From Macrostomum lignano (lineage: Eukaryota), in assembly GCA_002269645.1 (NCBI GenBank), contig NIVC01003684.1, forward strand, positions 1 through 64,000: DNA of 64,000 nucleotides, read 5' to 3'. Shown piece by piece: positions 21,084 through 34,434 of this stretch (position 1 is the first letter of the stretch; every line of letters begins with the position of its first letter). Both the position numbers and the translations under genes were made by a program. Under the pieces are notes generated by a model. That model was not told the DNA's origin. It searched no databases and was given only the letters and a program-made list of their open reading frames with translations.

Positions 21084-24000
21084 ATAATGATTGTTACTTT
21101 AAACTTTCTTAATATTTCCATTACTTATTACCCATGACTTCTATTTGACCATTACCAAATAAGGAAACAGAATATAAAAGTACATGGTATACAAACAAGT
21201 TAAAATTAAATAAAAGTATAAATATTGGTATAAAGCAAACAAAAACAAAAAATGCAAAGCAAATAACATCAATAGATTCCATAATTATCACTTATACTAC
21301 TAAATTCTTATTATTGCTATTTGTTTTTTTCTTTTAATGCTTTTTTACTATTTAGCAAATAATAAATAAAATTTTAAAAGATTATATAGTCACAGAAAAA
21401 TAAAAAACCTATAACTGAATAAATTGTTTTAATTTTGTTGTAATTCTAATTGTATTTCTTAGACTAAATTTAGTGCATATTTATTTTTTGGTTTTAATTA
21501 CTTCATTGAATCATTTTTCTTTTTTCATTTATAAAGAAGAATTAATTCACTTATAATCAAGAACTTGAAGACAACAAACTTGATAAAGACAATGATAGTG
21601 ATTTGAATTAATCAAGTGGGAATAATTTAGACTATTATTCCATTTACTCTAGTGTAGACAGACAGTGCTACAGCTATAGCTATTTCTAATGTGAGTGATA
21701 TTGCTAATGCTATTGGTGCTTATGCTCTAAAGCATATATAGGCCTATCTTTGGCCACATATTTGCAACTACTAGAGATAAAAAACTTGGCCTCCCTAAAA
21801 AACCCAGTTCTCATTTGCCAACTTTATCTTCTAAGAAGTCAAAGTCTAAATCCTATTAAGACCCATGTCTTTTCTTTGAAATATTTAAATAAGCATTTAA
21901 AGTCAAAACATCCAAGTAATGTTTCAAAGACAAAAGTACTTATCAGTAAGCATTTGTCACTTTATTTACTTGCTTATTACATAACATTATATATTTTAAA
22001 TATATTTATTATTAATATTTATTTAATTTTTAAAAAAATAAAGGCTAGATCTAAAAAAGAATATTTTAAAGAAGGCTTAGGTGAACAATATAAATATTTA
22101 TTTTTAAAAATATTATATTTATAAATTTATACTAATATTAGGCCCGATTTACTTTATATTTATAATAGAATCTATAAAAAGCATCTGGAATCAATAGAAT
22201 CTATATTATATATACATTATATAGAAACACTAAAGGGCTAAAAACTATAAATTATAATCCTATATATATAAGCTATATTATTTGTTTAATTAATACAACT
22301 TTTTAGTTTTCTTTTGCAGAATTCAATATAAGCATAACAGTTAATTTTCATATAAGAAATCTAAACATATGCCAGTGTAATGCAATGCCATAATCTAGGC
22401 CTAGTGAAAATAATAGAAAATAGGCCTAATGATAGGCCTCCTAACCAATATAAATGTACTAACAATTCAAGTCATTAGACATTATTTAATTTATTTTAAA
22501 TTGTTTTCATATAACCTACAACTGGATAGATATTAAACAAGATCTCCAAAACTTACTACTTAGTAACTTAAAACATAAGTGAGTAAGTTCAAGTGACACC
22601 TGCCAGCAAATGAAAAGGTGACAGACAAAATAACCACGCACAGGAATTACTATATTAAATATTCAAATCAAAGTTCAAAGTTAAGAGATTGGAAACCAGT
22701 AGCTGCATTAATTTTTAGCATAATTAATAACGCTTTTTAATTAAAACCTAAGCTAACTAAACCCTTTTAAAATATAAAGGTGTCGACATAGACAAAGATA
22801 TGATTTACATAACATCCAGTCCATAAGAGGCTTAGACGGCCTAGGACGGGTACATAACAAACCGGACCTAAGATTTTTTAGCCTGTTTGTACAACAGTAA
22901 GTTCTGGCAGTAAGTTCTTAGCAATTGAACCACTGTATATAGCTATATGGCTCATGAGATATATAGCTTAGATAGATTATCAATATTGTGGTAATTGTAG
23001 GCGCAGCCTCCCACTGTCTTTCCCCACTGACTTTCCCAGTGCGGATTGTGCACTTGGTGGGAAATTTCATTACGTATGTTGACGTCATTTCCCTGTGTGG
23101 AAATCCCATTTTCCTCTTAGTGTAATTCGGGTGCCTACTCCTTGTAATTTTTGTTTTTCTGTTAATTTAAATTGTGTTACACCCGGTGTTTAGTCGCTAC
23201 CACCCGGTGTACCCATCTTTTCCATTGCGTGTAACCCTCTCTTCCACCCGTTTTCCTCCCGGTGGCTCATGAGAACAGTGACGTATTTAAGGGACTGCGC
23301 CCCCCTTTCCTCCAGCCCCAATTCCCGGATCCCAAGTTCCAAATATTTGAGTGGCTCTAAGTGTACATGTAGATCCAGTTCTCCCGACCCGACCAGCTCC
23401 TCTCCCGGCCAGCCAAATAAGTAAATTGCTATATGTTAATAATTAATTATTTTTATCTTTAACAGCTTAATAATATTCATATCCAGTTTGTGCAACAATA
23501 ATACTAAGCAGTTAATCGTGTGCCAAACGGTGTCTTAAGCCTTCGTGACCTCGCGGAAGAATTCAGTTGACCCTCGGTGGTCTTATTAAAGAGAAGTTCT
23601 AGGGCAGATTCGAGTAAACTTGAGCTTTAGACCTTTTCTCCGCGAATTACCGCGGTGGTGGCAGCGACCTACTACCATTTAGTAAAATACAACACTAGCT
23701 GCGGCACCCAGCAAAAATCTAGTTTATTTTAATTAAGTTAATTCTCCGTAGCGGCTAAATTTTGCACCCCGAGTTCGTCCGAGTTTGTTTAAATCGCAAA
23801 GATCAGCGCCGATTTGAATGGCCTGCAAAAACCGAGACTCTCAGACCCACCCCCAAAATATTTTGTCTCCAACCCCCGTCTTCAATATCCTTCCCTTTGT
23901 CTCTTGCAACACCTTCTATTTGCATACATCAGCTATACAAATTCAGTTGTATTTATTCAGTATCATAAAAAATATCTAAACTATCATATCGGCAAAATAA

Positions 24001-24534
24001 AAAGCAAATTTTATTACTAAAAGTAGTAGGAACTACGGATTGCGCTAGCTAGTATTTACCTCACATCTCTCATCATTTTCGCACGAGCTTTATAGTAGTC
24101 ACGTGCTCATGAATATCAAAAGTATTTACTCAACGGATCATCTCTCCATTTTTTCAAAGTTGGCATGCCCGTTTGGAAAACCAATATTTGGTCAAGGACT
24201 ACTCAGGTAGAAGGACGGGAAACCAATCGTTTCTTGGAAAATTTTGGAGGCAGGTTTTTTCCGAAAAAAATACACTACGGAGATAGGAGGTTTTCATTTT
24301 TTCAGCACAATAAAAATTGCTTTCGATTTCGATAGGCAAACCCACTGTTAATCTTTTGATATGTTGTGCCTTTCTTATCACGTCGTGCCAAGAAGCGGAT
24401 GTGCGCGACTGTGCGAACAGAAACGCTAACCGCCGCTTTTGAGGCATCCTGCCCTTTAAAAGCCTATAAAGGGAAAAAAATCTACGCCGTGGTGGAATCC
24501 CGAGCTCGGCAACCTTCGTCACAGAGATAAGAGA

Positions 24535-27121
24535 CTCCACCGCAGAGCAACTAAAACCAAGAGCTCAGCGGACCAAACCGCCGATCATGAAACAATCCAT
24601 GAGTTTAAAAGGCAGGTCAGGAACGCGAAAGCTCAGAAATGGCGTCAATACTGTGAGGAGCTAGAGGACTCACGCCCCACCTCCAGAACTGTGAAAGCGC
24701 TTGCGCTGGACAAAATGTCTAAGCTTTCCTCTGTTAAGCGCACCGGCGGCAAGTCCACGGACAACCCAGGCGAAACGCTTGATGCAATGCTCTCTGCGTT
24801 TTACCCAACAAGCCGGTCAACGTGACCACTCCGGACGCACTGGCTGCCTCTATCATCACGGAGAACCGCATCGCAATAGCGGCTAACTCCTTCACACCTT
24901 TTAAGGCTCCAGTACCCGATTGTATTGTACCCGCCCTCCTGAGAGAGGCGGTTAAATGCCCATGGCTTCCTGAGTAAACTTTGCAGCCTTTTCGGGCGTG
25001 CATCACCCTTGGTTACGTCCCACAGGCTTTGGACCGAGGCAAAGGTGATTTTTATCCCTAAGCCAGGCCGTCCGGACTACCATTCTATCAAATCCTTCAG
25101 ACTGATCAGCCTCCAACCTCCAACCTCAACCTCCTCCCTGGTCAAGCTGATGGAGAGATTGGTGCTCTGGCGCCTCCTCTCTGTGGAGCTGAAGAACAAA
25201 CCCTTCTGCGGAAACCAGCACGCTTTGCAGGCGGGTCGCTCCACTGAAAGCGCGCAGCACGTCCTGGTCGATAAACTAGAGAAGGTCGTGCTTGGAAACG
25301 GCTTCGCTCAAGGGATCTTCCTGAACATCATTAGCGCCTTCGATAACTTCATCTTCCAGGCGTTCCAAAGAGCCCTCTGTGAGAGGCAAACCCACTCGCA
25401 TCTCACCAGGTGGATCATGTACATGATCAGCCATCGCACGGCCACCGCCAGTTTGCTTTGGCTACCAGAGGACGTCTGCAAAGGTAGCCTTCAAGGTGGG
25501 GTGCTGTCTCAAGTTCTCTGGAATATGGTCATCGATGAGCTCCTTCGGGATGCTCGGCCTGACCCCTCTGAAAGTAGGATATGCGGACGATGTCCCCGCG
25601 GTGGCATCTGGTCCGTCCCCTGATACCCTGGGGGACCTTCTTCAGAATTTTATTTACGCCGCTGAGCAATGAGCGGATCGCTGTGGTCTAAAGCTCTCTG
25701 AGACTAAGACCGCAGCGATCATGTTCACCAGCAGGTCCAAGTGGAAAATTCGGCCGCTTACGCTTTACGGAAGGGAAGTCCCCTACAAGCAGACTAAATA
25801 TCTGGGTATTAACCTGGATCACAGGCTGCTGGTCACCCCACGTTCAAGCAATAGCCAAGAGGGCCCTCGCAGTTCTCGCGCTGCTGCGCAGGGCCGTCGG
25901 CACCACCTGGGGGCTCAGTCCTAAGCGCCTCTGGTGGATCTACACTGCAATGGTTAAGCCCGCTGTCTCGTCCGGCGGCCTGATCTGGGCTAGCGCCCTG
26001 CAGATGAAGACCTGCCTAGAGAGTCTCAGGAGAGCGCAAGGGCGCGCATACCGCATTATCATGAACGCCCCCGTCTGCTCCTTACGATGGCCTCAACGCC
26101 TTCCTCAACATTCCCCCGCTGGACATCTTTGTCCGCAGGGAAGCGGCTAAGACTGCCCGCCGTCTAATTGACGCTGGCATTCGTATCCTGCCCCACAAGG
26201 CCATGGCTTCTGCCTCACGCCGACCTCTGCCTCAAATACTTGAGAGACGGCGGCGGGCTCCACGGCTTATCTGACGGCGAACCCCGCACTCTCAACCTCT
26301 TTCAGCGCTAAAAGGTCACCATCCCCTCTAGGGATGTTGCCACTGACCACTGGAATCTCCAGGAGTTCCATTGTTAAACAGACGGATCCATCAAAGACGG
26401 CCATGCTGGCTTTGGGGTCTGCATCATCATCAACGGCCGCGTCATTGTCACGCATGTCCAGCACACTGGCAGACTCTTCACGGTCTTCCAAGGGTACGAG
26501 AGGAGAGCTGAGTGCCAAGAGACGAGAGGAGAGAGGATAGCCAAGCGAACTTACAGGCCTTTGCCACACCCCAAAGAACTCCCGGACAGTCGCCGACTGC
26601 GCCCGGCAACTCAGCCTCCTGGCCAGTAGCAATACTGTCAGGCTGAAGTGGATCCCAGGGCACGCAGGGTTTCCGGGGAACGAGCTGGCAGACACCCTCG
26701 CCAAGAGGGGCGGCTCTGGCTCTTTTCTTGGCCCTGCTCCCCTGATCCCTATCCCCGATCTACAGTCATCAATCGTCAGATCGATGACTGGGCTGACTCC
26801 CTCCACATGGGCGGGCACCCAAAACTGCCGGCAATCTCGTGCTGCGGTTCCGTGCCCCTCTCGCAGGCTCAGAAACGTCCTTCTGAAGCAAAATCGGAAG
26901 GATATTCGAGCCCTTGTCCATGACCCTTACCGGCCATGGCTACCTCTTCCGAGGCCACCTCGAGAGTGAACTTTGAAGAGTGAACGCTGCAGGACGGACC
27001 GGCGGGACCACCCTGACCGGCCCCGCGCCTCCTGCCTGTCTGTAGGGCCTTCAAGGGCTAGCGTAATGGGCGACCCTCGCCTCCCCGCTGTGTCTACGGA
27101 CCACCCTGCAGCTAAGTCAAG
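24535..27121 (+). mobile_element. Decayed, 5'-truncated copy of the same LINE family as 3231-6730
   Basis: WRQYCEEL, IFIPKPGRPDY, QGGVLS, YADD at 25580-25591, [21 protein letters not shown] at about 26645; same 3' end CCCTGCAGCTAAGTCAAG; many indels. Confidence 0.88.
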
Positions 27122-27854
27122 TCGAAGTGCCTCTTTTATAGCTCTATTGATATTCATAAAGTTTTCGTTTAGAAAATTAAGATTCTTGTTAATTGTTTTA
27201 TTCTACGTACCTAAAAATCATAAAAATGCATGGCACAGCTCGACTCATTGGTTTCATGAATCCATTTTATCAGGTCTGTTACACATACTGCTACACAATC
27301 AGCTAAGAATGACAAAATAGATCGTGTGCCTATCTAAACATGGCAAGGCTCAATTGCAACATCAAAAAGACATCATTTTTTAAATTGGTATCGTAAAAAC
27401 AAACATCTAGTTAATTTTATAACTTAGCTATCTGATGAGCCAAGTTGAGAATGCTGCAATAAATTATTTTACAATCATACAAACATCAATCTACTCGCGT
27501 GCGTAAACCATTTTTTTCCTATGCAGGAAATGAAAATGCGAGCATCGTGCTTGAGCAAAAAATTTCCCCATTCGATTATACAATAATTCTATTATCTTAT
27601 TAATAACTGCTATTCACAATTATTAACAATGGAAGTGAATTAAGGCAAATGATAGCAAATCCTATTCTTCTTGATTTGCATGAATGCTCTTCCTCCAAAA
27701 AAACAATTTTAAGGACAAAAATAGCTTCGCTATTGAAGCGAGAGCAATGTTTTTAATATCAATGAAAAGTGCATATTTTTAATACACGTTTGAATAAGGT
27801 TTCTTCTGTTTGACACAGAATGTGTGAAATCTGGTAACATCTTGTAACATGTAA

Positions 27855-28935
27855 TTTTGTGACAGCCTTGTTAATTCTGTGACAACCTTGTTAATTCTGT
27901 GACAACCTTGTTAATTCTGTGATTCTGTGAACCTTGTTAATTCTGTGAACCTTGTTAATTCTGTGTGACAACCTTGTTAATTCTGTGTGACAACCTTGTT
28001 AATTCTGTGTGACAACCTTGTTAATTCTGTGTGACAACCTTGTTAATTCTGTGTGACAACCTTGTTAATTCTGTGTGACAACCTTGTTAATTCTGTGTGA
28101 CAACCTTGTTAATCCGGTGTGACAACCTTGTTAATTCTGTGTGACAACCTTGTTAATTCTGTGTGACAACCTTGTTAATTTTGTGTGACAACCTTGTTAA
28201 TTCTGTGTGACAACCTTGTTAATCCGGTGTGACAACCTTGTTAACTCTGTGTGACAACCTTGTTAATTCTGTGTGAGAACCTTGTTAATTCTGTGTGACA
28301 ACCTTGTTAATTCTGTGTGACAACCTTGTTAATTCTGTGTGACAACCTTGTTAGTTCTGTGTGCCAACCTTGTTAATTCTGTGTGACAACCTTGTTAATT
28401 CTGTGTGACAACCTTGTTAATTTTGTGTGACAACCTTGTTAATTCTGTGTGACAACCTTGTTAATTCTGTGTGATTACCTTGTTAATTCTGTGTGACAAT
28501 CTTGTTAATTCTGTGTGATTACCTTGTTAATCCTGTGGGACAACCTTGATAATTTTGTGTGACAACCTTGTTAATTCTGTGTGACAACCTTGTTAACTCT
28601 GTGTGACAATCTTGTTAACTCTGTGTGACAACCTTGGTAATTCTGTGTGACAACCTTGTTAATTCTGTGTGACAACCTTGTTAATCCTGTGAGAAAACCT
28701 TGTTAATTTTGTGTGACAACCTTGTTAATCCTGTGTGACAACCTTGTTAATCCTGTGTGACAACCTTGTTAATCCTGTGGGACAACCTTGATAATTTTGT
28801 GTGACAACCTTGTTAATTCTGTGTGACAACCTTGTTAATTCTGTGTGACAACCTTGTTAATTCTGTGACAACCTTGTTAATTCTGTGTGACAACCTTGTT
28901 AATTCTGTGACAACCTTGTTAACTCTGTGTGACAG
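27855..28935. repeat. 22-bp minisatellite CTGTGTGACAACCTTGTTAATT
   Basis: Direct inspection. Confidence 0.97.
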
Positions 28936-29088
28936 TTTCGGAGTTCGGAAACTTTCTATTCCTTTTGTCTACATGGCATCCAATACTACATTATTACATA
29001 CCCAAGAATGCAGTATGCAGTATTTTTCTGTCCAGAAACCTTCCATAAGATTTCTCGGTGGCAAGCATGGAAGCACAGGAAGGCTGTG

Positions 29089-29127
29089 ATTGGCTGTAAA
29101 CCAGATGCTGCTACAGCTCTATAAATA
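29089..29127 (+). promoter_or_regulatory. Candidate core promoter of the lectin gene: inverted CCAAT (29089-29093) and TATAAATA (29120-29127)
   Basis: Canonical motifs 85-120 nt upstream of the ATG at 29212. Confidence 0.5.
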
Positions 29128-29211
29128 TTCGCGTGCTTGGGCAGCCTGAGCATCCAGACCCAGCTCAGAGCATATATGATCCAATAAATCCATTCAAGAG
29201 CTCTCGCAGTT

Positions 29212-32200
29212 ATGACTGCCAGATTGCATCGGAGATACCTGCTTCTACAGTTAATTTACTTTCTCGTCGCCATGGTTACAGTGAGCGGTGAGTATAGCGA
29301 GTTCAATTCCCATTAGGCACTCTTTTTACCCAAACAGCTAATGGAAGCGGCTTATCAGACTAGCGACATCACTGTCTGATCCCATCCCCTGGGTGTATTA
29401 ACAGTAGGAATACCAAGCCATTTTTCCGCCCGTCGAACTACCAAGAGGGGGGGAAAAATTCCCCCCCTGACAATTTTTTTTGCTGCGTCGGAACGGAGCA
29501 ACGCAGGCACACAAAATTCAAGAACATGGGCTAACTTTTTGTTGCGCACCTTCTCAAACAAGAATCAAGTTGCCAACCCTCCGGACCGTCGAGATATTCG
29601 ACGATTCTGCCAGAAGGTCAGATTTTTCCCATAAGCGCTAGTGTATTCAGTACACCCCTGTGTGCCAATTAGCACTGCGCCTCAGTGCAGCCTTGCCAAG
29701 TCTCCAAATTTCATCAGCACGTCGACCAAATGTGTCTGCATCAGCTCTGACTTCGTTGGTTACTGGCCTTCACCGAGACGGAGCTTCTAGACCTTCAACA
29801 GGTGGCACCAGGTGACTATGAACACCTTGATGCGAATTTCTCTAGTTTCGCCGATCAAGCCTCGACAGTAGGCAAGCCTCAACTGCCAGACACCCTCAGC
29901 TAGTCTCCTGAGCATTCCTTCATCATCCCGACACCGACGGCACCTTCAACAGGTGGCATCAGGTGACTATGGACGTCCTTTTGCAACTATGTCAGGTCTT
30001 TCTTATCAAGCTTCAATAATGGGCAAACCTCAACCGACGGACATTGTCAGCTAGTCTCTCAAGCATTCCGTCATCATCTCGACGCCGTCGGCTCCTTCAA
30101 CAGATTACACCAGGTGACTATGGACAGCCTGATAAGAATTTCTCTAGTTTTGCCGATCAAGCCTCGATAGTAGGCAAAAATCAACTGCTGGACATCCTCA
30201 GCTAGTCAGTCAAGCATTCAGCCATCAACCGGACGCCGTCGGCTCCTTCAACAGATTACACCAGGTGACTATGGACATCCTGTTGCAAATATGTCAGGTT
30301 TTTCTTATGCTTCAGAAATGTTAAGAGAATGATGAAAAATCACGCTCAGGTGTCCTTACTCCCCTGGTGCCACCTGTTGAAGGTGCCGACGGCGTCGGGG
30401 TGATGGCTGAATGCTTGACTGACTAGCTGAGGATGTCCAGCAGTTGATGTTTGCTCATTATTGAAGCTTGATAAGAAAAACCTGACATAGTTGCAAAAGG
30501 ACGTCCATAGTCACCTGATGCCACCTGTTGAAGGTGCCGTCGGTGTCGGGATGATGAAGGAATGCTCAGGAGACTAGCTGAGGGTGTCTGGCAGTTGAGG
30601 CTTGCCTACTGTCGAGGCTTGATCGGCGAAACTAGAGAAATTCGCATCAAGGTGTTCATAGTCACCTGGTGCCACCTGTTGAAGGTCTAGAAGCTCCGTC
30701 TCGGTGAAGGCCAGTAACCAACGAAGTCAGAGCTGATGCAGACACATTTGGTCGACGTGCTGATGAAATTTGGAGACTTGGCAAGGCTGCACTGAGGCGC
30801 AGTGCTAATTGGCGCACAGGGGTGTACTGAATACACTAGCGCTTATGGAAAAAATCTGACCTTCTGGCAGAATCGTCGAATATCTCGACGGTCCGGAGGG
30901 TTGGCAACTTGATTCTTGTTTGAGAAGGTGCGCAACAAAAAGTTAGCCCATGTTCTTGAATTTTGTGTGCCTGCGTTGCTCCGTTCCGACGCAGCAAAAA
31001 AAATTGTCAGGGGGGGGGAAATTTTCCCCCCCTCTTGGTAGTTCTACTGTTAATGGGTGTAGAATAAAGAACCCCATTATCCTGTTTACGCTTCACCCAG
31101 CCCGAGGAATCAAAGCTAAATTTGGGATTCTTGTGTTTTATGGTTCTCCCAGTCAGATCCCGGATTTCCGTACTGGGTCGCCTGAAAACAGTGGCCAAGT
31201 ATCATCGCCAGTGATCCTAAGCCTCATCATGATCCGATGGTCCTCAGCCTCATGATCCAATTGTCCTCAGCTTCATCATGATCCAGTGGTCCTCAGCCTC
31301 ATCATGATCCAATTGCCCTCAGCTTCATCATGATCCAATGGTCCTCAACCTCATCATGATCCAATGGTCCTCAACCTCATCATGATCCAATGGTCCTCAG
31401 CCTCATCATGATCCAATTGTCCTCAGCTTCATCATGATCCAATGGTCCTCAGCCTCATCATGATTCAATTGTCCTCAGCTTCATGATCCAATTGTCCTCA
31501 GCTTCATCATGATCCAATGGTCCTCAGCCTCATCATGATCCAATGGTCCTCAGCTTCATCATGATCCAATGGTCCTCAACCTCATCATGATCCAATGGTC
31601 CTCAGCCTCATCATGATCCAATGGTCCTCAGCCTCATCATGATCCAATGGTCCTCAGCCTCATCATGATCCAATGGTCCTCAGCCTCATCATGATCCAAT
31701 GGTCCTCAACCTCATCATGATCCAATGGTCCTCAACCTCATCATTTTCCAATGGTCCTCAACCTCATCATGATCCAATGGTCCTCAACCTCATCATGATC
31801 CAATGGTCCTCAGCCTCATCATGATTCAATTGTCCTCAGCTTCATGATCCAATTGTCCTCAGCTTCATCATGATCCAATGGTCCTCAGCCTCATCATGAT
31901 CCAATGGTCCTCAGCTTCATCATGATCCAATGGTCCTCAACCTCATCATGATCCAATGGTCCTCAGCTTCATGATCCAATGGTCCTCAGCTTCATCATGA
32001 TCCAATGGTCCTCAACCTCATCATGATCCAATGGTCCTCAACCTCATCATGATCCAATGGTCCTCAACCTCATCATGATCCAATGGTCCTCAGCCTCATC
32101 ATGATCCAATGGTCCTCAGCCTCATCATGATCCAATGGTCCTCAACCTCATCATGATCCAATGGTCCTCAGCCTCATCATGATCCAATGGTCCTCAGCCT

Positions 32201-33484
32201 CATCATGATCCAATGGTCCTCAGCCTCATCATTTTCCAATGGTCCTCAGCAAAATAGCCCTATAGTCGAGTGGATTTCTAATGCAGATAACATGCTAATC
32301 ATTTTTAGTTATCATGCTATTGCAAAAGACTGTAAAACGGTGACTCGATATTTCGATGTTGTGAAGTTTCAAATTTCTGAAATTTCGAGTTTATGAAATG
32401 CGCCCTCTTGCTGTGCAGCACGGTATTCCACTCTGGTGTGCGAAGGCGAATCGGCAAGCCTCACCTGCTCGACATCTCGGCGCATCGACATCGCCTACGT
32501 GATGTACGGCAAATCAAGCGAGTTCAGCACCGACTGTGTGAAGGACACAAATACTGCTGATAACTGTCAGAGCTCTCAATCCTTGAGCTACGTCAAATCT
32601 GTGTGCCAGAATCAATCAGCTTGCAGTGTGCTGGCCAGCAATGATCACTTTGGAGATCCCTGCCCGAACAACTACAAGTACCTGTTTGTTAACTACACAT
32701 GTGCACCTGGTGAGGCTCCCTGGCTATGATGATTGCTCATTATTCCCGTTTTTCTCTCAGTTTTACACTCGTAATTGTCTTCTGCGCATCTCCCTCCCAT
32801 CTCCACCCCCTCTCTCCATACCTCTCTACACCTCTCTACCCCTCTCTACACCTCTCTACCCCTCTCTACCCCTCTCTACGCCTCTCTACCCCTCTCTACA
32901 CCTCTCTACGCCTCTCTACACCTCTCTACACCTCTCTACACCTCTCTACACCTCTCTACACCTCTCTACACCTCTCTACACCTCTCTACCCCTCTCTACC
33001 CCTCTCTACGCCTCTCTACCCCTCTCTACACCTCTCTACACCTCTCTACACCTCTCTACACCTCTCTACACCTCTCTACACCTCTCTACACCTCTCTACA
33101 CCTCTCTACGCCTCTCTACACCTCTCTACACCTCTCTACACCTCTCTACACCTCTCTACACCTCTCTACACCTCTCTACCCCTCTCTACACCTCTCTACC
33201 CCTCTCTACCCCTCTCTACGCCTCTCTACACCTCTCTACACCTCTCTACACCTCTCTACACCTCTCTACACCTCTCTACACCTCTCTACCCCTCTCTACA
33301 CCTCTCTACACCTCTCTACCCCTCTCTACACCTCTCTACACCTCTCTACACCTCTCTACACCTCTCTACACCTCTCTACCCCTCTCTACACCTCTCTACC
33401 CCTCTCTACCCAACTCCCTCCCTTCTCTATCCAACTCCCTCCCCTCTTTACCCCCTCTGCAACCATGCTTCTGCAGTAACTTGA
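29212..33484 (+). CDS. Secreted SUEL/Gal_lectin (rhamnose-binding lectin) protein with a single domain
   Basis: Exon 1 29212-29287 (signal peptide MTARLHRRYLLLQLIYFLVAMVTVS, donor GTGAGT); exon 2 32419-32709 (VCEGE...YG...C...C...C...FGDPCPNNYKYLFVNYTC); putative exon 3 33477-33484 (VT*, less certain). Phase-1 junctions are consistent. Confidence 0.85.
29402..31049. mobile_element. Foldback element, 1648 bp, TTAA TSD, arms of 600 bp or more with 151-bp internal subrepeats
   Basis: TTAA at 29398-29401 and 31050-31053; termini CAGTAG...CTACTG; 29436-~30030 is the near-perfect reverse complement of ~30440-31045. Confidence 0.88.
31225..32250. repeat. 26-bp minisatellite CCTCATCATGATCCAATGGTCCTCAR in lectin intron 1
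   Basis: Direct inspection. Confidence 0.97.
32800..33412. repeat. 10-bp repeat CCTCTCTACA in lectin intron 2
   Basis: Direct inspection. Confidence 0.97.
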
Positions 33485-33894
33485 GTCTGTCTAAAGCAAA
33501 GGTAAGAATGGTAAGAAAAAAGTTGTAAACAAACTGGAATAATTATGCTTTTACTGCACGAAAAATACCTGCATGCATCTTCGTTTTAAGAATCTTGTGA
33601 TTAAAATGTAAAGTTTCAAATACACTGCAACAGGCAGCTAGTATAATTGACAAGACGGCAGTTCAGACGTCAAAAATATTGATGTTTTTCTATCGCATCT
33701 GTTAAATTTATTTCATAGTAATTCATCAAAGTCAATATAATAAAGTAGAAATAAACCACTAAGAATCCAAAAATGGTTGTGGAATGTCTTTCTTGTGCTT
33801 TCAGAGGGTAGTCTGGCAAAAAGTAAAAAAACTCGAAAGAATTTAGAAATGTCACTTTTTATTAATCAACCAGAACATGCAGAGCTTTTAGTGA

Positions 33895-34185
33895 GGTCAA
33901 GCGACCCCTTAGCTAAGATTCTTAGGGGAGGGTCAGTGACCCCCTTGGAGTAGCTAAGAATCTTAGGGAGGGTCAGTGACCCCCTTTAGAGCAAAAAAAT
34001 ATTAGAGGGACCAGTGACCCCCTTTAGAGTAAACTAAGAATCTTAGGGGAGGGTCAGTGACCCCTTGGAGTAGTTACGAATCTTAGGGGAGGGCCAGTGA
34101 CCCCTTGGAGTAGTTACGAATCTTAGGGGAGGGTCAGTGACCCCTTGGAGAAGTTACAAATCTCAGGGGAGGGCCAGTGACCCCC
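33895..34185. repeat. 40-bp tandem repeat (GACCCCTTGGAGTAGTTACGAATCTTAGGGGAGGGTCAGT), intergenic
   Basis: TCTTAGGGGA recurs at 34041, 34081 and 34121. Confidence 0.92.
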
Positions 34186-34434
34186 ATTTCGATTTCGCGC
34201 GCCAGACTCGCTGAGCTCACAGTTATGAAGCTCAAATTAAAATTATTTCACAATATCCATACGCTTAAATAATTCGAAAACTATTCAAAAAGGTTATATT
34301 AAAAAATTCGAGTATTTTATAACGGCAAAAAGAAAACAGGAAAAGTACACAGAATCAGAAGCAAACGAAAATATTCCTTCTGTCTGCACCTCTGCTTCAT
34401 TTCTGTTCCTTTTTAAATAATCACATTTCTGCTT

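Noticed and set aside
23655-23670. TGGTGGCAGCG as a tRNA-Leu primer-binding site of an LTR element (22990-23700)
   Set aside because: Only 11 nt, not preceded by an LTR-terminal CA, and there is no second LTR or gag/pol.
24199-24540. 113-aa minus-strand ORF
   Set aside because: No motif, atypical composition, and it abuts the LINE truncation point.
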